From Lacisediminimonas sp. (GTDB lineage Bacteria; Pseudomonadota; Gammaproteobacteria; Burkholderiales; Burkholderiaceae_D), in contig NZ_JAUSNH010000042.1 in the NCBI RefSeq assembly GCF_030645335.1, positions 25,199 through 89,198 of the forward strand: 64,000 bases of DNA, read 5' to 3'. The translations under genes were made by a program, and so were the position numbers. This document shows positions 10,477 to 20,118 of this stretch, piece after piece. The notes below the pieces were generated by a model. That model made no database searches, was not told the origin of the DNA, and was given only the letters and a program-made list of their open reading frames with translations. Each line of letters starts with the position of its first letter. The first letter of the stretch is position 1.

Positions 10477-12414
10477 GTGAATAGCCTGGTGCAGAGTTTT
10501 CAGCAATACAGTGGTTGGCGTTCGTCGGTGTCGCAAGCCCTTGTGCAATACCGTGCCGCAGCCAGCGCGGCAGGCCTGCTGGATCCGGCACTTGCGCGGC
10601 GGCTCGACCTTGCCAATGCAAGACTGTCGGAAGACAAGCTGGTGGTAGCCTTCGTCGCCGAATTCTCGCGCGGCAAGTCCGAACTGATCAATGCGATATT
10701 TTTCGCTGGCTACGGCCGGCGCATCCTGCCGTCTTCAGCCGGGCGCACCACAATGTGCCCGACCGAACTGATGTACGACGAGACGCTGCCGCCGTCGATC
10801 CGGCTGTTGCCGATCGAAACCCGGGCGCAGCCGGAATCGACCAGCGACCTGCGCGCGCGGCCCGAGGCCTGGGAGGTCGCGCCGCTCGATATCGCGTCCA
10901 GCGACGGCATGCTGGAAGCGTTTCGCCAGGTGAGCACGACCAAGCGGGTATCGGTGGAAGACGCCCGCCGTTACGGCCTTTACCGCGACGATGACCCGGA
11001 CATGGCGCAGGCCGTCGGTGCAGACGGCATGGTCGATATTTCCCGCTGGCGCCATGCGATCGTCAATTTCCCGCATCCGTTGTTGCGTCAGGGGCTGGTG
11101 ATTGTCGATACGCCCGGCCTGAATGCGATTGGCACCGAACCCGAACTGACGCTGAACCTGATTCCCGGCGCCGATGCCGTGTTGTTCGTGGTGGGTGCGG
11201 ACACCGGCGTGACCAGAAGCGATGCCGAAGTGTGGCGCCAGCATGTCGGCGCCGGCCCTGGCCGGCTGGTCGTGATGAACAAGGTCGACAGCCTGTGGGA
11301 TGAATTACGCACGCCCGAGCAGGTCGGGCAGCAGATCGCAAGCCAGTTGCATTCGGTGGCGCAAGGCCTGTCCGTGAGGCCGGCGCAGGTGTTTCCGGTG
11401 TCGGCGAAAAAAGGCCTGGTTGCCCGGATCAATGACGATCCGGCCTTGCTCGCGCGCTCGGGCATTCCTGCGCTTGAAGCAGCGCTTTCCTCGGAGTTGA
11501 TACCGGCACGGCAGGAGATTGCGCGCTCGCGGATGCAGCCCGACCTGGCGGCCATCAGGGAGCTGCGTGAAGCCTTGCTGGGCGGCCGGATACGCAGCAT
11601 CAGAGAGCAACTGATGGACCTGAAGAGCCTGCGCGGAAAGAACCAGAATATCGTGCATCACATGATGGCGCGCATCGACCTGGAGCGTGGGGAATTCGAC
11701 CAGAGCCTGGTCAAGCTGCATGGCACGCGTGCGGTGTTCAGCCGGCTGTCTGCGGAAGTATTCCAGCATCTCGGGATGGAAGTGATCAAGGGCGAGATCG
11801 TCGCCGTGCGTGAGGCGATGGACCGCAGCATTTTTTCGGCCGGCATGCGGGACGCGGTACGCAATTTCTTTGACATTGCGACCGGCAACCTGACGGCGGC
11901 GGCGGAAAAAATCGATGAAATATCCAACATGATGCTGGTGATGTATCGCCGTTTTTCGGCTGAGCATGGCATGGTGCTGGCAGCGCCAATGGCATTTTCG
12001 ATGCAGGCTTACGTCGGGCAGATCCGGGCCGCCGAAGCGATTTACCAGAAGCAGTTCAGTCCGACGGCGATGCTGACGACTTCGCAAGTGGTGCTGATGC
12101 AACAATTTTTCGATTCCATCGCATCGCGCGTCAAGCACACCTACTTGCTGGCGAACCGCGATCTGGAGGCCTGGTTGAAAGTCGTCATGACGCCGCTGGA
12201 GGCGCAAATGCGCGAGCACCGCAAGCAGCTCAAGCAACGTCGGCTGTCGGTGGCGCGGATTCATGCCGCAAGCGACGACCTGGAAGAGAAGATACAGGCG
12301 CTGGATGTCATGCAACAGCAAGTCCAACAGCAGGTCCGCAGCCTGGAAGCGGCCGAACATGCGCTGGAGCTTGCGATTGCCTCGGATCTCGCTCCGCTGC
12401 GCAATGCGGCCTGA
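10477..12414 (+). CDS. Dynamin-like GTPase family protein
   Basis: G1 AEFSRGKS, G2 GRTTMCPT, G3 DTPG, G4 NKVD, followed by a long helical/coiled-coil C-terminus. Confidence 0.85.
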   Translation: MNSLVQSFQQYSGWRSSVSQALVQYRAAASAAGLLDPALARRLDLANARLSEDKLVVAFVAEFSRGKSELINAIFFAGYGRRILPSSAGRTTMCPTELMYDETLPPSIRLLPIETRAQPESTSDLRARPEAWEVAPLDIASSDGMLEAFRQVSTTKRVSVEDARRYGLYRDDDPDMAQAVGADGMVDISRWRHAIVNFPHPLLRQGLVIVDTPGLNAIGTEPELTLNLIPGADAVLFVVGADTGVTRSDAEVWRQHVGAGPGRLVVMNKVDSLWDELRTPEQVGQQIASQLHSVAQGLSVRPAQVFPVSAKKGLVARINDDPALLARSGIPALEAALSSELIPARQEIARSRMQPDLAAIRELREALLGGRIRSIREQLMDLKSLRGKNQNIVHHMMARIDLERGEFDQSLVKLHGTRAVFSRLSAEVFQHLGMEVIKGEIVAVREAMDRSIFSAGMRDAVRNFFDIATGNLTAAAEKIDEISNMMLVMYRRFSAEHGMVLAAPMAFSMQAYVGQIRAAEAIYQKQFSPTAMLTTSQVVLMQQFFDSIASRVKHTYLLANRDLEAWLKVVMTPLEAQMREHRKQLKQRRLSVARIHAASDDLEEKIQALDVMQQQVQQQVRSLEAAEHALELAIASDLAPLRNAA

Positions 12415-12416
12415 GC

Positions 12417-13559
12417 ATGAAGCCACGGGCAATGCACAAGGCAGCAGCCGAAGCCAGGATCGCCGATGAATCACTCGCCGTCCCGGGTTTTGCCGGGCAG
12501 GTAATCGCATGGCAGCAACAGCATGGCCGGCATGGCCTGCCGTGGCAGGGCACGTCTGACCCGTACCGGATCTGGCTGTCCGAGATCATGCTGCAGCAGA
12601 CGCAAGTAGCTGCCGTGATTCCCTACTATTTACGTTTCCTGGAACGGTTTCCGACAGTCCGCTCCCTGGCCGATGCCGAGCTTGCCGCCGTCATGGGCTT
12701 GTGGAGCGGGCTGGGCTATTACTCCAGGGCGCGCAATCTCCACCGGTGCGCGCAACTCGTTCGGGACCAACATGGTGGCGCTTTTCCGGCGTCCGCGGCG
12801 ACGCTGGCGACACTGCCCGGTATCGGCCGTTCGACGGCGGCGGCGATTGCCGCCTTTGCGTTTGCCGAGCGCGCTGCGATTTTGGACGGCAACGTCAAGC
12901 GCGTGTTCTGCCGGGTGTTCGGCATTGACGGCTTTCCGGGCGAAAAGGCGGTTGAAAACCTGCTGTGGGCGCGCGCGCAAGCCTTGCTGCCCGAGCGCCA
13001 CATCCAGGCCTACACGCAGGGCCTGATGGATCTCGGCGCCACCGTGTGCACCAGGAGCCGGCCAAAGTGCGATGCTTGCCCGTTCCGGCCAAGCTGTGTC
13101 GCCCACGGCTCGGCGCGGGTGGCGCAACTGCCGGCGCGCAAACCGAGCAAGCCTGTGCCGCAAAGGCAGACCGAGATGATCATTGCGCTGTGCGGCGATG
13201 AAGTACTGCTGGAGCAGCGCGGGCCGAGCGGTATCTGGGGTGGGCTGTTGTCCTTGCCCGAATTGCCCGGTGTGGACCTGCCCGGGGACGCGAGCGATGC
13301 CGTTGCCAGTGCTGCCGCCGGATTCGGCACGGTGCTGCGGGCAGATCCGCTGGATCGGCTGTCGCATGGCTTCACCCACTTCACCTTGCATATCAGGCCG
13401 TGGCTGGTGCGCGTGGGCGAACGGCATGTGATGGCGGCGGAGCCATCGGCTTTTTCATGGCATCGTGCCGACTCGCTGGCCGCTGCGCCCTTGCCGGCGC
13501 CGGTCAGGAAACTGCTGATGCGCTTGCTGGTCGAGCCCAGGCTTGCCGGCATGGACTGA
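12417..13559 (+). CDS. mutY: A/G-specific adenine glycosylase
   Basis: SEIMLQQTQV, WSGLGYYSRARNLH, LPGIGRSTA, DGNVKRV, CTRSRPKCDACPFRPSC Fe-S motif. Confidence 0.97.
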   Translation: MKPRAMHKAAAEARIADESLAVPGFAGQVIAWQQQHGRHGLPWQGTSDPYRIWLSEIMLQQTQVAAVIPYYLRFLERFPTVRSLADAELAAVMGLWSGLGYYSRARNLHRCAQLVRDQHGGAFPASAATLATLPGIGRSTAAAIAAFAFAERAAILDGNVKRVFCRVFGIDGFPGEKAVENLLWARAQALLPERHIQAYTQGLMDLGATVCTRSRPKCDACPFRPSCVAHGSARVAQLPARKPSKPVPQRQTEMIIALCGDEVLLEQRGPSGIWGGLLSLPELPGVDLPGDASDAVASAAAGFGTVLRADPLDRLSHGFTHFTLHIRPWLVRVGERHVMAAEPSAFSWHRADSLAAAPLPAPVRKLLMRLLVEPRLAGMD

Positions 13560-13671
13560 CGCACGCACACGACCAGTCGGCCGCAACTCTTGCACCCATT
13601 GTTACCCTGACGTCTGGTGCAATGCTGGAAAAGGCGGGAGTGTGGTGGTGGGGGCCGACAGCCAGGCAAGC

Positions 13672-14298
13672 TCAGACAATCTTGTGTTGCTGCAGGTACT
13701 GGTGGACGATGGCCAGACGGCCTTGTGCATCCTCCAGTTCCAGCAGTTTTTGCTTTGCCAGCAGCGGCACCGGCAGGATTTCGCACCAGCGGTTGGCGAC
13801 CCAGCCCGCATCGTCCAGCCTGGCCGGATCGCTGAACGGGCTGATGAAGTCAGCGCCTTGTTCTGCCTGGCCTTTCTGGTTGACCTCGTCGATGATGGAC
13901 TTCAATGCCGCCGCGCAGCTGGCATGGGACGCTGAAACTGGCGTCGCCGGATCTTCGTCGATCATCGATACCCGCGCTTGCAGCCGCTGATCGTTCAAAA
14001 CCCGCTTTTCCAGGATGCGAAAGCGCTGGCCGCCGATGGTGCGCAGCATCAGCACACCCATTTCCGGCATGTCCCACTCGTCGATATTGGCAATGCAGCC
14101 GACATCGTCCGGCTCGGCTGCACGCCCCACTTCAGAACCTGTCAGTATTCGCACGACGCCAAAGGGCTGTTCGCTCTTCATGCAATCGCGCACCATGTCG
14201 ATATAGCGCGTTTCAAACACCCGCAAGGGCAGCACGCCGTCCGGGAAAAGTACGGTATTGAGCGGGAACAGTGAAATCCAGTGCGGGTCGGCGGACAT
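13672..14298 (-). CDS. Lon protease substrate-binding (N-terminal) domain protein
   Basis: LFPLNTVLFPDGVLPLRVFETRYIDMV, GGQRFRI, KQKLLE. Confidence 0.9.
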   Translation of the reverse strand: MSADPHWISLFPLNTVLFPDGVLPLRVFETRYIDMVRDCMKSEQPFGVVRILTGSEVGRAAEPDDVGCIANIDEWDMPEMGVLMLRTIGGQRFRILEKRVLNDQRLQARVSMIDEDPATPVSASHASCAAALKSIIDEVNQKGQAEQGADFISPFSDPARLDDAGWVANRWCEILPVPLLAKQKLLELEDAQGRLAIVHQYLQQHKIV

Positions 14299-14333
14299 GG
14301 TCGGCGGCGGCAGTCGTGGGAAGGGCGCCGCCT

Positions 14334-15191
14334 TCAGGCGAGCTCGCGATGCCGTAACAGCACGCGGGCCTTGTCCTCGAAGTGGCGGGCAAGCGATTCA
14401 GTCATATAAACGGAGCGATGCTGGCCGCCGGTGCAGCCAACGGCAACGGTAAGGTAGCTGCGATTGTCGTTCTTGAAGGCCGGCAACCATTTGTCGACGA
14501 ACTGCCGGATATCTTCCAGCAGCTCGGCCGCTTCGGGTTGCGCATCGAGGAAGTCGATGACGGGCTGGTCGCGGCCGGTGAGCGGCCGCAACGCGAGGTT
14601 GTAATAAGGGTTGGGCAGCACCCGCACGTCGAATACCAGGTCGGCGTCCAGCGGTATGCCGAACTTGTACGCAAACGATTCGAATAGCAGCGTCAATGGC
14701 GCCCGGTCGGAGGCGACCAGGTCGCGAATCCATGCGCGCAGCTTGTTGGCTGATGCGCCCGAAGTGTCGATCAGATGGCCCAGACCCTCGATTGGCGCGA
14801 GCATCTCGCGCTCCGCATGAATGCATTCGACCAGCGTAGCTTGTTTGCCATCGGGCGTGGACACGCGGTGCGACAGCGGATGGCTGCGGCGGGTTTCGGA
14901 AAAGCGGGTGATCAGCGATTCTGTCTTGGCGGTCAGGAACAAGACCTTGAGATCATGCCCCTGTTGCTGGAGCCAGCGGATGTCCGCCGGCAGGCCGGCC
15001 AGCGAATCGGCGCTGCGGGCGTCGACGGCGACAGCCAGCGTCCGGTCCCCTTCCTGGCTGCGGGTCTCGACCAGCGCGCGCAACAAGGACGGCGGCAGAT
15101 TGTCGACGCAGAAATAGCCGGCATCTTCGAGTGCGTTCAGGCCCACTGATTTGCCTGAGCCCGAGATACCGGTAATGAGGATGATGCGCAT
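14334..15191 (-). CDS. rapZ: RNase adapter RapZ
   Basis: [50 protein letters not shown]. Confidence 0.95.
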   Translation of the reverse strand: MRIILITGISGSGKSVGLNALEDAGYFCVDNLPPSLLRALVETRSQEGDRTLAVAVDARSADSLAGLPADIRWLQQQGHDLKVLFLTAKTESLITRFSETRRSHPLSHRVSTPDGKQATLVECIHAEREMLAPIEGLGHLIDTSGASANKLRAWIRDLVASDRAPLTLLFESFAYKFGIPLDADLVFDVRVLPNPYYNLALRPLTGRDQPVIDFLDAQPEAAELLEDIRQFVDKWLPAFKNDNRSYLTVAVGCTGGQHRSVYMTESLARHFEDKARVLLRHRELA

Positions 15192-15308
15192 GCCGTGATG
15201 ATACCGCAAGCAGCGCGACGCCGGCCCGCGGGCTGTTGCTGTTTGCGGGTCGCTTTGGGCTGCTTGGGATGCCCGGCTTGCCTGGGTCGCTAGCTGCCTG
15301 AGTGCCGG

Positions 15309-16250
15309 CTAGTCTTCATCGCCCATGGCGTGCTGCTGCCGCTCCATGAAGTCCTTGAGCGTGTCGATGCCGCGCAACTGCAGGATGGTATTGCGCACCG
15401 CAGCCTCAAGCAGCACGGCAAGGTTGCGGCCGGCCTCGACCGGGATCACCACCTTGCGGATCGGCAGTCCGAGCACATCCTCGGTGTACAAATGCAGCGG
15501 CAGGCGCTCGTAGTTTTCTTCCAGCGTGCTTCGGCGCACCAGGTGCACGATCAGTTTCAGGCGCATCTTGCGGCGCACTGCGGTCTCGCCGAAGATGGTC
15601 TTGATGTCGAGCAATCCCAGGCCGCGCACCTCAAGCAGGTTCTGCAGCAGCGGCGGACAGCGCCCTTCGATCATGTGCGGCGCAATGCGGGCGAATTCCA
15701 CCACATCGTCCGCCACCAGGCCGTGATTGCGCGAAACGAGCTCCAGGCCCAGTTCGCTTTTTCCCAGCCCCGATTCTCCGGTGATCAGCACGCCCACGCC
15801 GAGCACGTCCATGAACACGCCGTGCATCGTGACGCGCTGGGCCAGCTTTTTGGAGAGATAAACACGCAGGTAATCGATCACCTGTGCCGCAGCCAGCGGC
15901 GTCGAAAACAAGGGGATATTCTTTTCGTCGCACATCGCCAGGATATAGGCGGGTGTTTCCAGCCCTTGCGCGATGATGAAGGCAGGCGGCTCGCCGGCGA
16001 CCAGTTCGGCGGTCTGGTGTTCGCGCGCCGAAGGCGAGAGCCGCCGGTAATAGTCGGTCTCCTGATGGCCGAACACCTGGATGCGTCCGGGGTGGATCAG
16101 GTTCAGGTGACCGATCATGTCGGCAGCAGAAGCGGCATCGCCGGAAATCTGGCGCTCGCCACCGGGGAAGCCGGCAAACCAGCCTAGCTGCAAGGCTTCA
16201 CGGTTGTCGTCGTAAAGCTGCTGTATTGAAAGGGGGGTGGTGAGCGGCAT
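15309..16250 (-). CDS. hprK: HPr kinase/phosphorylase
   Basis: [43 protein letters not shown]. Confidence 0.96.
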   Translation of the reverse strand: MPLTTPLSIQQLYDDNREALQLGWFAGFPGGERQISGDAASAADMIGHLNLIHPGRIQVFGHQETDYYRRLSPSAREHQTAELVAGEPPAFIIAQGLETPAYILAMCDEKNIPLFSTPLAAAQVIDYLRVYLSKKLAQRVTMHGVFMDVLGVGVLITGESGLGKSELGLELVSRNHGLVADDVVEFARIAPHMIEGRCPPLLQNLLEVRGLGLLDIKTIFGETAVRRKMRLKLIVHLVRRSTLEENYERLPLHLYTEDVLGLPIRKVVIPVEAGRNLAVLLEAAVRNTILQLRGIDTLKDFMERQQHAMGDED

Positions 16251-16278
16251 GGGTCAGGGTGCCCGGGCAAAGGCCCGA

Positions 16279-16752
16279 TTATGCGACATGCTGGATGCTG
16301 GGTTGCCATCCTGTTATGCGGGCATGGGCGCTGGCTGCGTCGGGGTCGCCGGCCAGGCCGACCCGGAAACCATCGTCGGAAAACATTTCCGCCACCTCGG
16401 ACAGGATTTCCAGGTGCTGTTGCGTGACATGGTCGGGGATCAGCAGGAAAACCAGCAGCCTGACGGGTTGCCCGTCGGGAGACTCGAAGGGGATGGGCTC
16501 GGCGAGACGGACAAAAGCAGCCAGTGGCGCCTTCAATCCCTTGATCCGTCCGTGCGGCACGGCTACGGAATGGCCCAGGCCAGTCGACCCGAGTCGTTCC
16601 CGGGCGAACAGGTTGTCCGACACCGTCGACCGGGCGATGCCGAAATTATTCTCGAAAATCAGTCCAGCCTGTTCGAACGCCCTCTTTTTGCTGGACACGT
16701 CCAGGTCGAGAACGACATTCTTCAATGGCAGGATTTGGCTAAGATGCGTCAT
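16279..16752 (-). CDS. ptsN: PTS IIA nitrogen-regulatory protein
   Basis: SKKRAFE, RERLGSTGLG, AVPHGR (phospho-His), HLEILSEVA. Confidence 0.92.
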   Translation of the reverse strand: MTHLSQILPLKNVVLDLDVSSKKRAFEQAGLIFENNFGIARSTVSDNLFARERLGSTGLGHSVAVPHGRIKGLKAPLAAFVRLAEPIPFESPDGQPVRLLVFLLIPDHVTQQHLEILSEVAEMFSDDGFRVGLAGDPDAASAHARITGWQPSIQHVA

Positions 16753-16944
16753 GATGCGCTGCACAATAAGTGGCTTTCGACCGAATTATAGGCTTAATCC
16801 GCGCAGGTAAACGCCAGAATTGTTTTGGCGGCATGGGGTTGACCTATTAATTTTTCAGCCACATGTTCGATTGAAAGCCAAAACTTTAAGCTTGAATCCT
16901 CGTGCCGTCATGACAATTAGCAATTGTCAGAAGAGCTTGATTGA

Positions 16945-17787
16945 TTACTGCCGGCCGGTACGGGCATTGGACGGCGGGTGTGCCGTCGTGAAATTCGAGC
17001 GCCACGGATTGATGTCCAGTCCACCCCGTCGTGTGTAGCGGGCATAGACCGACAATTTCTGCGGCCTGCACTGGTGCAGGATGTCCATGAAGATCCGCTC
17101 GACGCATTGCTCGTGGAATTCATTATGCGAGCGGTATCCGATCAGGTACTTTAACAAGCCTTCCTGGTCGATCTGCGCACCGACGTAGCGGATCTGGACA
17201 CTGCCCCAGTCGGGCTGGCCGGTGACCAGGCAATTTGACTTGAGCAAATGGGAAACCAGCGTTTCCTCCACCGGAACTTGCTCTTGCGCTGCCTGCAGCA
17301 GGACCGGGTCGGGCGCGTAACTGTCGACTTCAATATCCAGCCGGTCGAGCAGGATGCCGTCGAGCTCGTCGAATGCCATCTTGCCGAACTGTCCGGGCAA
17401 GGTGAGTGTTACCTGCACGGTGCTGCCGAATGCATCGGACAAGTCGGCGCTGAGCACCTCGCGCAGGGCTTCAGGGCCGCCCAGGCGCGTCTGGTTGAAG
17501 GAATTCAGGTAGAGCTTGAAGGATTTCGATTCGACGATGCTGGCGCTGTCGGCGGGCACACTGATCGTCGCAATGGCGATCTGCGGCTTGCCGCGCAAGT
17601 TCAGCCATGACACTTCGTAGGCATTCCAGATATCGACGCCGAAGAACGGCAGCGTGCCGATGAGGCCCAGCTCGGCGCGCTTGCCGGCGCGTGGCATCGG
17701 GAACAACAGCGACGGATCGTATGCGCCGCCATAGGCGCTGGGCTTGCCCAGCGGGGACTGGTTTCGTTCTTGTGGCATTTCGCTCAT
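16945..17787 (-). CDS. queF: NADPH-dependent preQ0 reductase (two-domain QueF)
   Basis: [52 protein letters not shown]. Start approximate. Confidence 0.95.
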   Translation of the reverse strand: MSEMPQERNQSPLGKPSAYGGAYDPSLLFPMPRAGKRAELGLIGTLPFFGVDIWNAYEVSWLNLRGKPQIAIATISVPADSASIVESKSFKLYLNSFNQTRLGGPEALREVLSADLSDAFGSTVQVTLTLPGQFGKMAFDELDGILLDRLDIEVDSYAPDPVLLQAAQEQVPVEETLVSHLLKSNCLVTGQPDWGSVQIRYVGAQIDQEGLLKYLIGYRSHNEFHEQCVERIFMDILHQCRPQKLSVYARYTRRGGLDINPWRSNFTTAHPPSNARTGRQ

Positions 17788-17879
17788 GACAGTGCGCATC
17801 GGCAAGCCGATGCCGGCAGTCGGTGCAACCGACAAACCGCCGGCGGGGACAATCGGGATCGAACCCGGTATCGCGGCAT

Positions 17880-19403
17880 TTACAGGAACATCCGGTACAC
17901 CGGATTTTGCGTTTCATCCTGAAACTTGAGACCGAGCGAGACCAGTACTTGTTGCAATTCTTTTTTCTCGTTTTTCGGAACTTGCAGGCCCACCAGCACG
18001 CGACCGACGTCGCCGCCCTGGTTGCGATAATGGAACAGGCTGATGTTCCAGTTCGGCGCCATGCTGTCGAGGAAGCGCATCAGCGCACCTGGCCGCTCGG
18101 GAAATTCAAACCGGTACAGTGATTCGTCTTGCGCCAGCGGGCTCTTTCCACCGACCAGATGCCGGATATGCTGCTTGGCCATCTCGTCGTGGGTCAGGTC
18201 CAGCGTCTTGAATCCCTGCCTGGCGAAATGCTTGGCCAGTTGCGCGGGCTCGTCGCGGCCGGCGACCTGCAGGCCGACGAAAACATGCGCCTTGCGCTCG
18301 TCATTGATACGGTAATTGAATTCCGTGACGCTTCGCGACCCGATCAGCTCGCACAGGCGCCGGAAGCTGCCGCGCTGTTCCGGAATGGTGACTGCAAACA
18401 GCGCTTCCCGCGCTTCGCCGACTTCGGCCCGCTCGGCAACGAAGCGCAGACGGTCGAAGTTCATGTTGGCGCCGCAGGCGATGGTGACCAGGGTCTGGTC
18501 GCGCACCGGCGTGCGCGTCTTGCGCGAGCGCTCGATGTATTCCTTGGCGCCGGCCACGGCCAGCGCGCCGGCTGGCTCCAGGATGCTGCGCGTGTCCTCG
18601 AACACGTCCTTGATTGCCGCGCATACCGCATCGGTATCGACCAGGATCATTTCATCGACATACTTGCGGGCCAGGCGGAATGTCTCTTCCCCGACGGTCT
18701 TGACTGCGGTGCCGTCCGAGAACAGCCCGACATCGTGCAGCGTGACGCGACGGCGCGCCTTCAGGCTGCGCGTCATGGCGTCGGAGTCGGTGGTTTGCAC
18801 GCCGATGATCCTGATTTCCGGACGCACTGCCTTGACATAGGCCGCAACGCCGCCAATCAGGCCGCCACCGCCGACCGCCACGAAAATCGCGTGGATCGGG
18901 CCAGAATGCTGGCGCAGTATTTCCATTGCAATCGTTCCTTGTCCGGCAATCACGTCCGGATCGTCGAACGGGTGGACGAAGGTCAGTTTCAGTTTCTTTT
19001 CCAGCGCCAGCGCATGCTGGTAGGCATCGCTGTACGAGTCGCCGGACAGCACGACCTCGCCGCCGCGCGCCTTGACTGCGTCCACCTTCAGTTGCGGCGT
19101 CGTGGTCGGCATCACGATCACGGCGCGGCAGCCGAGCTTGCGCGCCGACAGGGCGACGCCCTGTGCGTGATTGCCGGCCGACGCGCAGATGACGCCGCGC
19201 TTAAGCTGCGCCGGCGGCAGGTTCGCCATTTTGTTGTAGGCGCCGCGCAGCTTGAAGCTGAACACGCTCTGCATGTCCTCGCGCTTGTAATAAATGCGGT
19301 TGCCCATGCGCGCCGACAGGTTGGTCGCCGGGTCGAGGGGCGACTCGATGGCGACGTCATAGACCCGTGCCGTGAGGATTTTCTTCAGGTAATCAACGCT
19401 CAT
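17880..19403 (-). CDS. ilvA: Threonine ammonia-lyase, biosynthetic
   Basis: SFKLRGAY (PLP Lys), [13 protein letters not shown], two C-terminal regulatory domains (FPERPGAL). Confidence 0.97.
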   Translation of the reverse strand: MSVDYLKKILTARVYDVAIESPLDPATNLSARMGNRIYYKREDMQSVFSFKLRGAYNKMANLPPAQLKRGVICASAGNHAQGVALSARKLGCRAVIVMPTTTPQLKVDAVKARGGEVVLSGDSYSDAYQHALALEKKLKLTFVHPFDDPDVIAGQGTIAMEILRQHSGPIHAIFVAVGGGGLIGGVAAYVKAVRPEIRIIGVQTTDSDAMTRSLKARRRVTLHDVGLFSDGTAVKTVGEETFRLARKYVDEMILVDTDAVCAAIKDVFEDTRSILEPAGALAVAGAKEYIERSRKTRTPVRDQTLVTIACGANMNFDRLRFVAERAEVGEAREALFAVTIPEQRGSFRRLCELIGSRSVTEFNYRINDERKAHVFVGLQVAGRDEPAQLAKHFARQGFKTLDLTHDEMAKQHIRHLVGGKSPLAQDESLYRFEFPERPGALMRFLDSMAPNWNISLFHYRNQGGDVGRVLVGLQVPKNEKKELQQVLVSLGLKFQDETQNPVYRMFL

Positions 19404-19515
19404 GTGCTGTCCGCTTGCCAGGGTGTCCGAACGACGAAAAGCCGTCGAAAGTAACCGGTCATTATAATGGACGCCTGTTGCCGGACCTCATTCATGAAAG
19501 GAACCCGCCGATCCC

Positions 19516-20004
19516 ATGCTTGCCGCTGCCGTGGAATGGTTGCTCGCCGTACTTGCCGTTCCCAGCGTTGGACTGGGTTCGGTATTCGTCATCAGTTTCC
19601 TTTCCGCCACATTGTTGCCGATGGGTTCTGAGCCGGCGGTTTTTGCCGTGGTGAAGGCAAATGCGTCGCTGTTCTGGCCGGTGATCGGTGTGGCAACCCT
19701 GGGCAATACCCTGGGCGGCGTCATCAGTTACGGCATGGGAGCGGGCGCCAAGCGCATGTTTGCCCGCGAACGATCCACGTTCTGGTTCCACTGGCTGCAG
19801 CGCTACGGGCCCAAGGCAATGCTGATGGCCTGGTTGCCGGGAATCGGCGACCCGCTATGCCTGCTGGGCGGATGGCTGCGGCTGCCTTTCTGGCCGTGCG
19901 TGGTCTACATGGCCATCGGCAAGCTGCTGCGTTACCTCAGCATGACGATCCTGCTGTTGTATGTGCCGGACGACTTCTGGCGCTGGATCGGCCGATTGTT
20001 CTGA
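19516..20004 (+). CDS. YqaA-like (DedA/VTT-domain) membrane protein
   Basis: FLSATLLPMGSE, ATLGNTLG, WLPGIGDPL, GKLLRY. Confidence 0.9.
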   Translation: MLAAAVEWLLAVLAVPSVGLGSVFVISFLSATLLPMGSEPAVFAVVKANASLFWPVIGVATLGNTLGGVISYGMGAGAKRMFARERSTFWFHWLQRYGPKAMLMAWLPGIGDPLCLLGGWLRLPFWPCVVYMAIGKLLRYLSMTILLLYVPDDFWRWIGRLF

Positions 20005-20118
20005 GCCAGATTGCCGCGGCCTGCGCACGACAGTGCACACTTTGGCGGTAGGGCTGTTGCCAGTTTGTGCACTGCGATACGCTAGAATGTTCTTTTAGTG
20101 CTGTCCGCCTCCCCATTG

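Noticed and set aside
13638-13649. GAGTGTGGTGGT matching one arm of the 45.6-kb hairpin
   Set aside because: Only 12 nt with no flanking similarity; insufficient to call a repeat family or an sRNA target.
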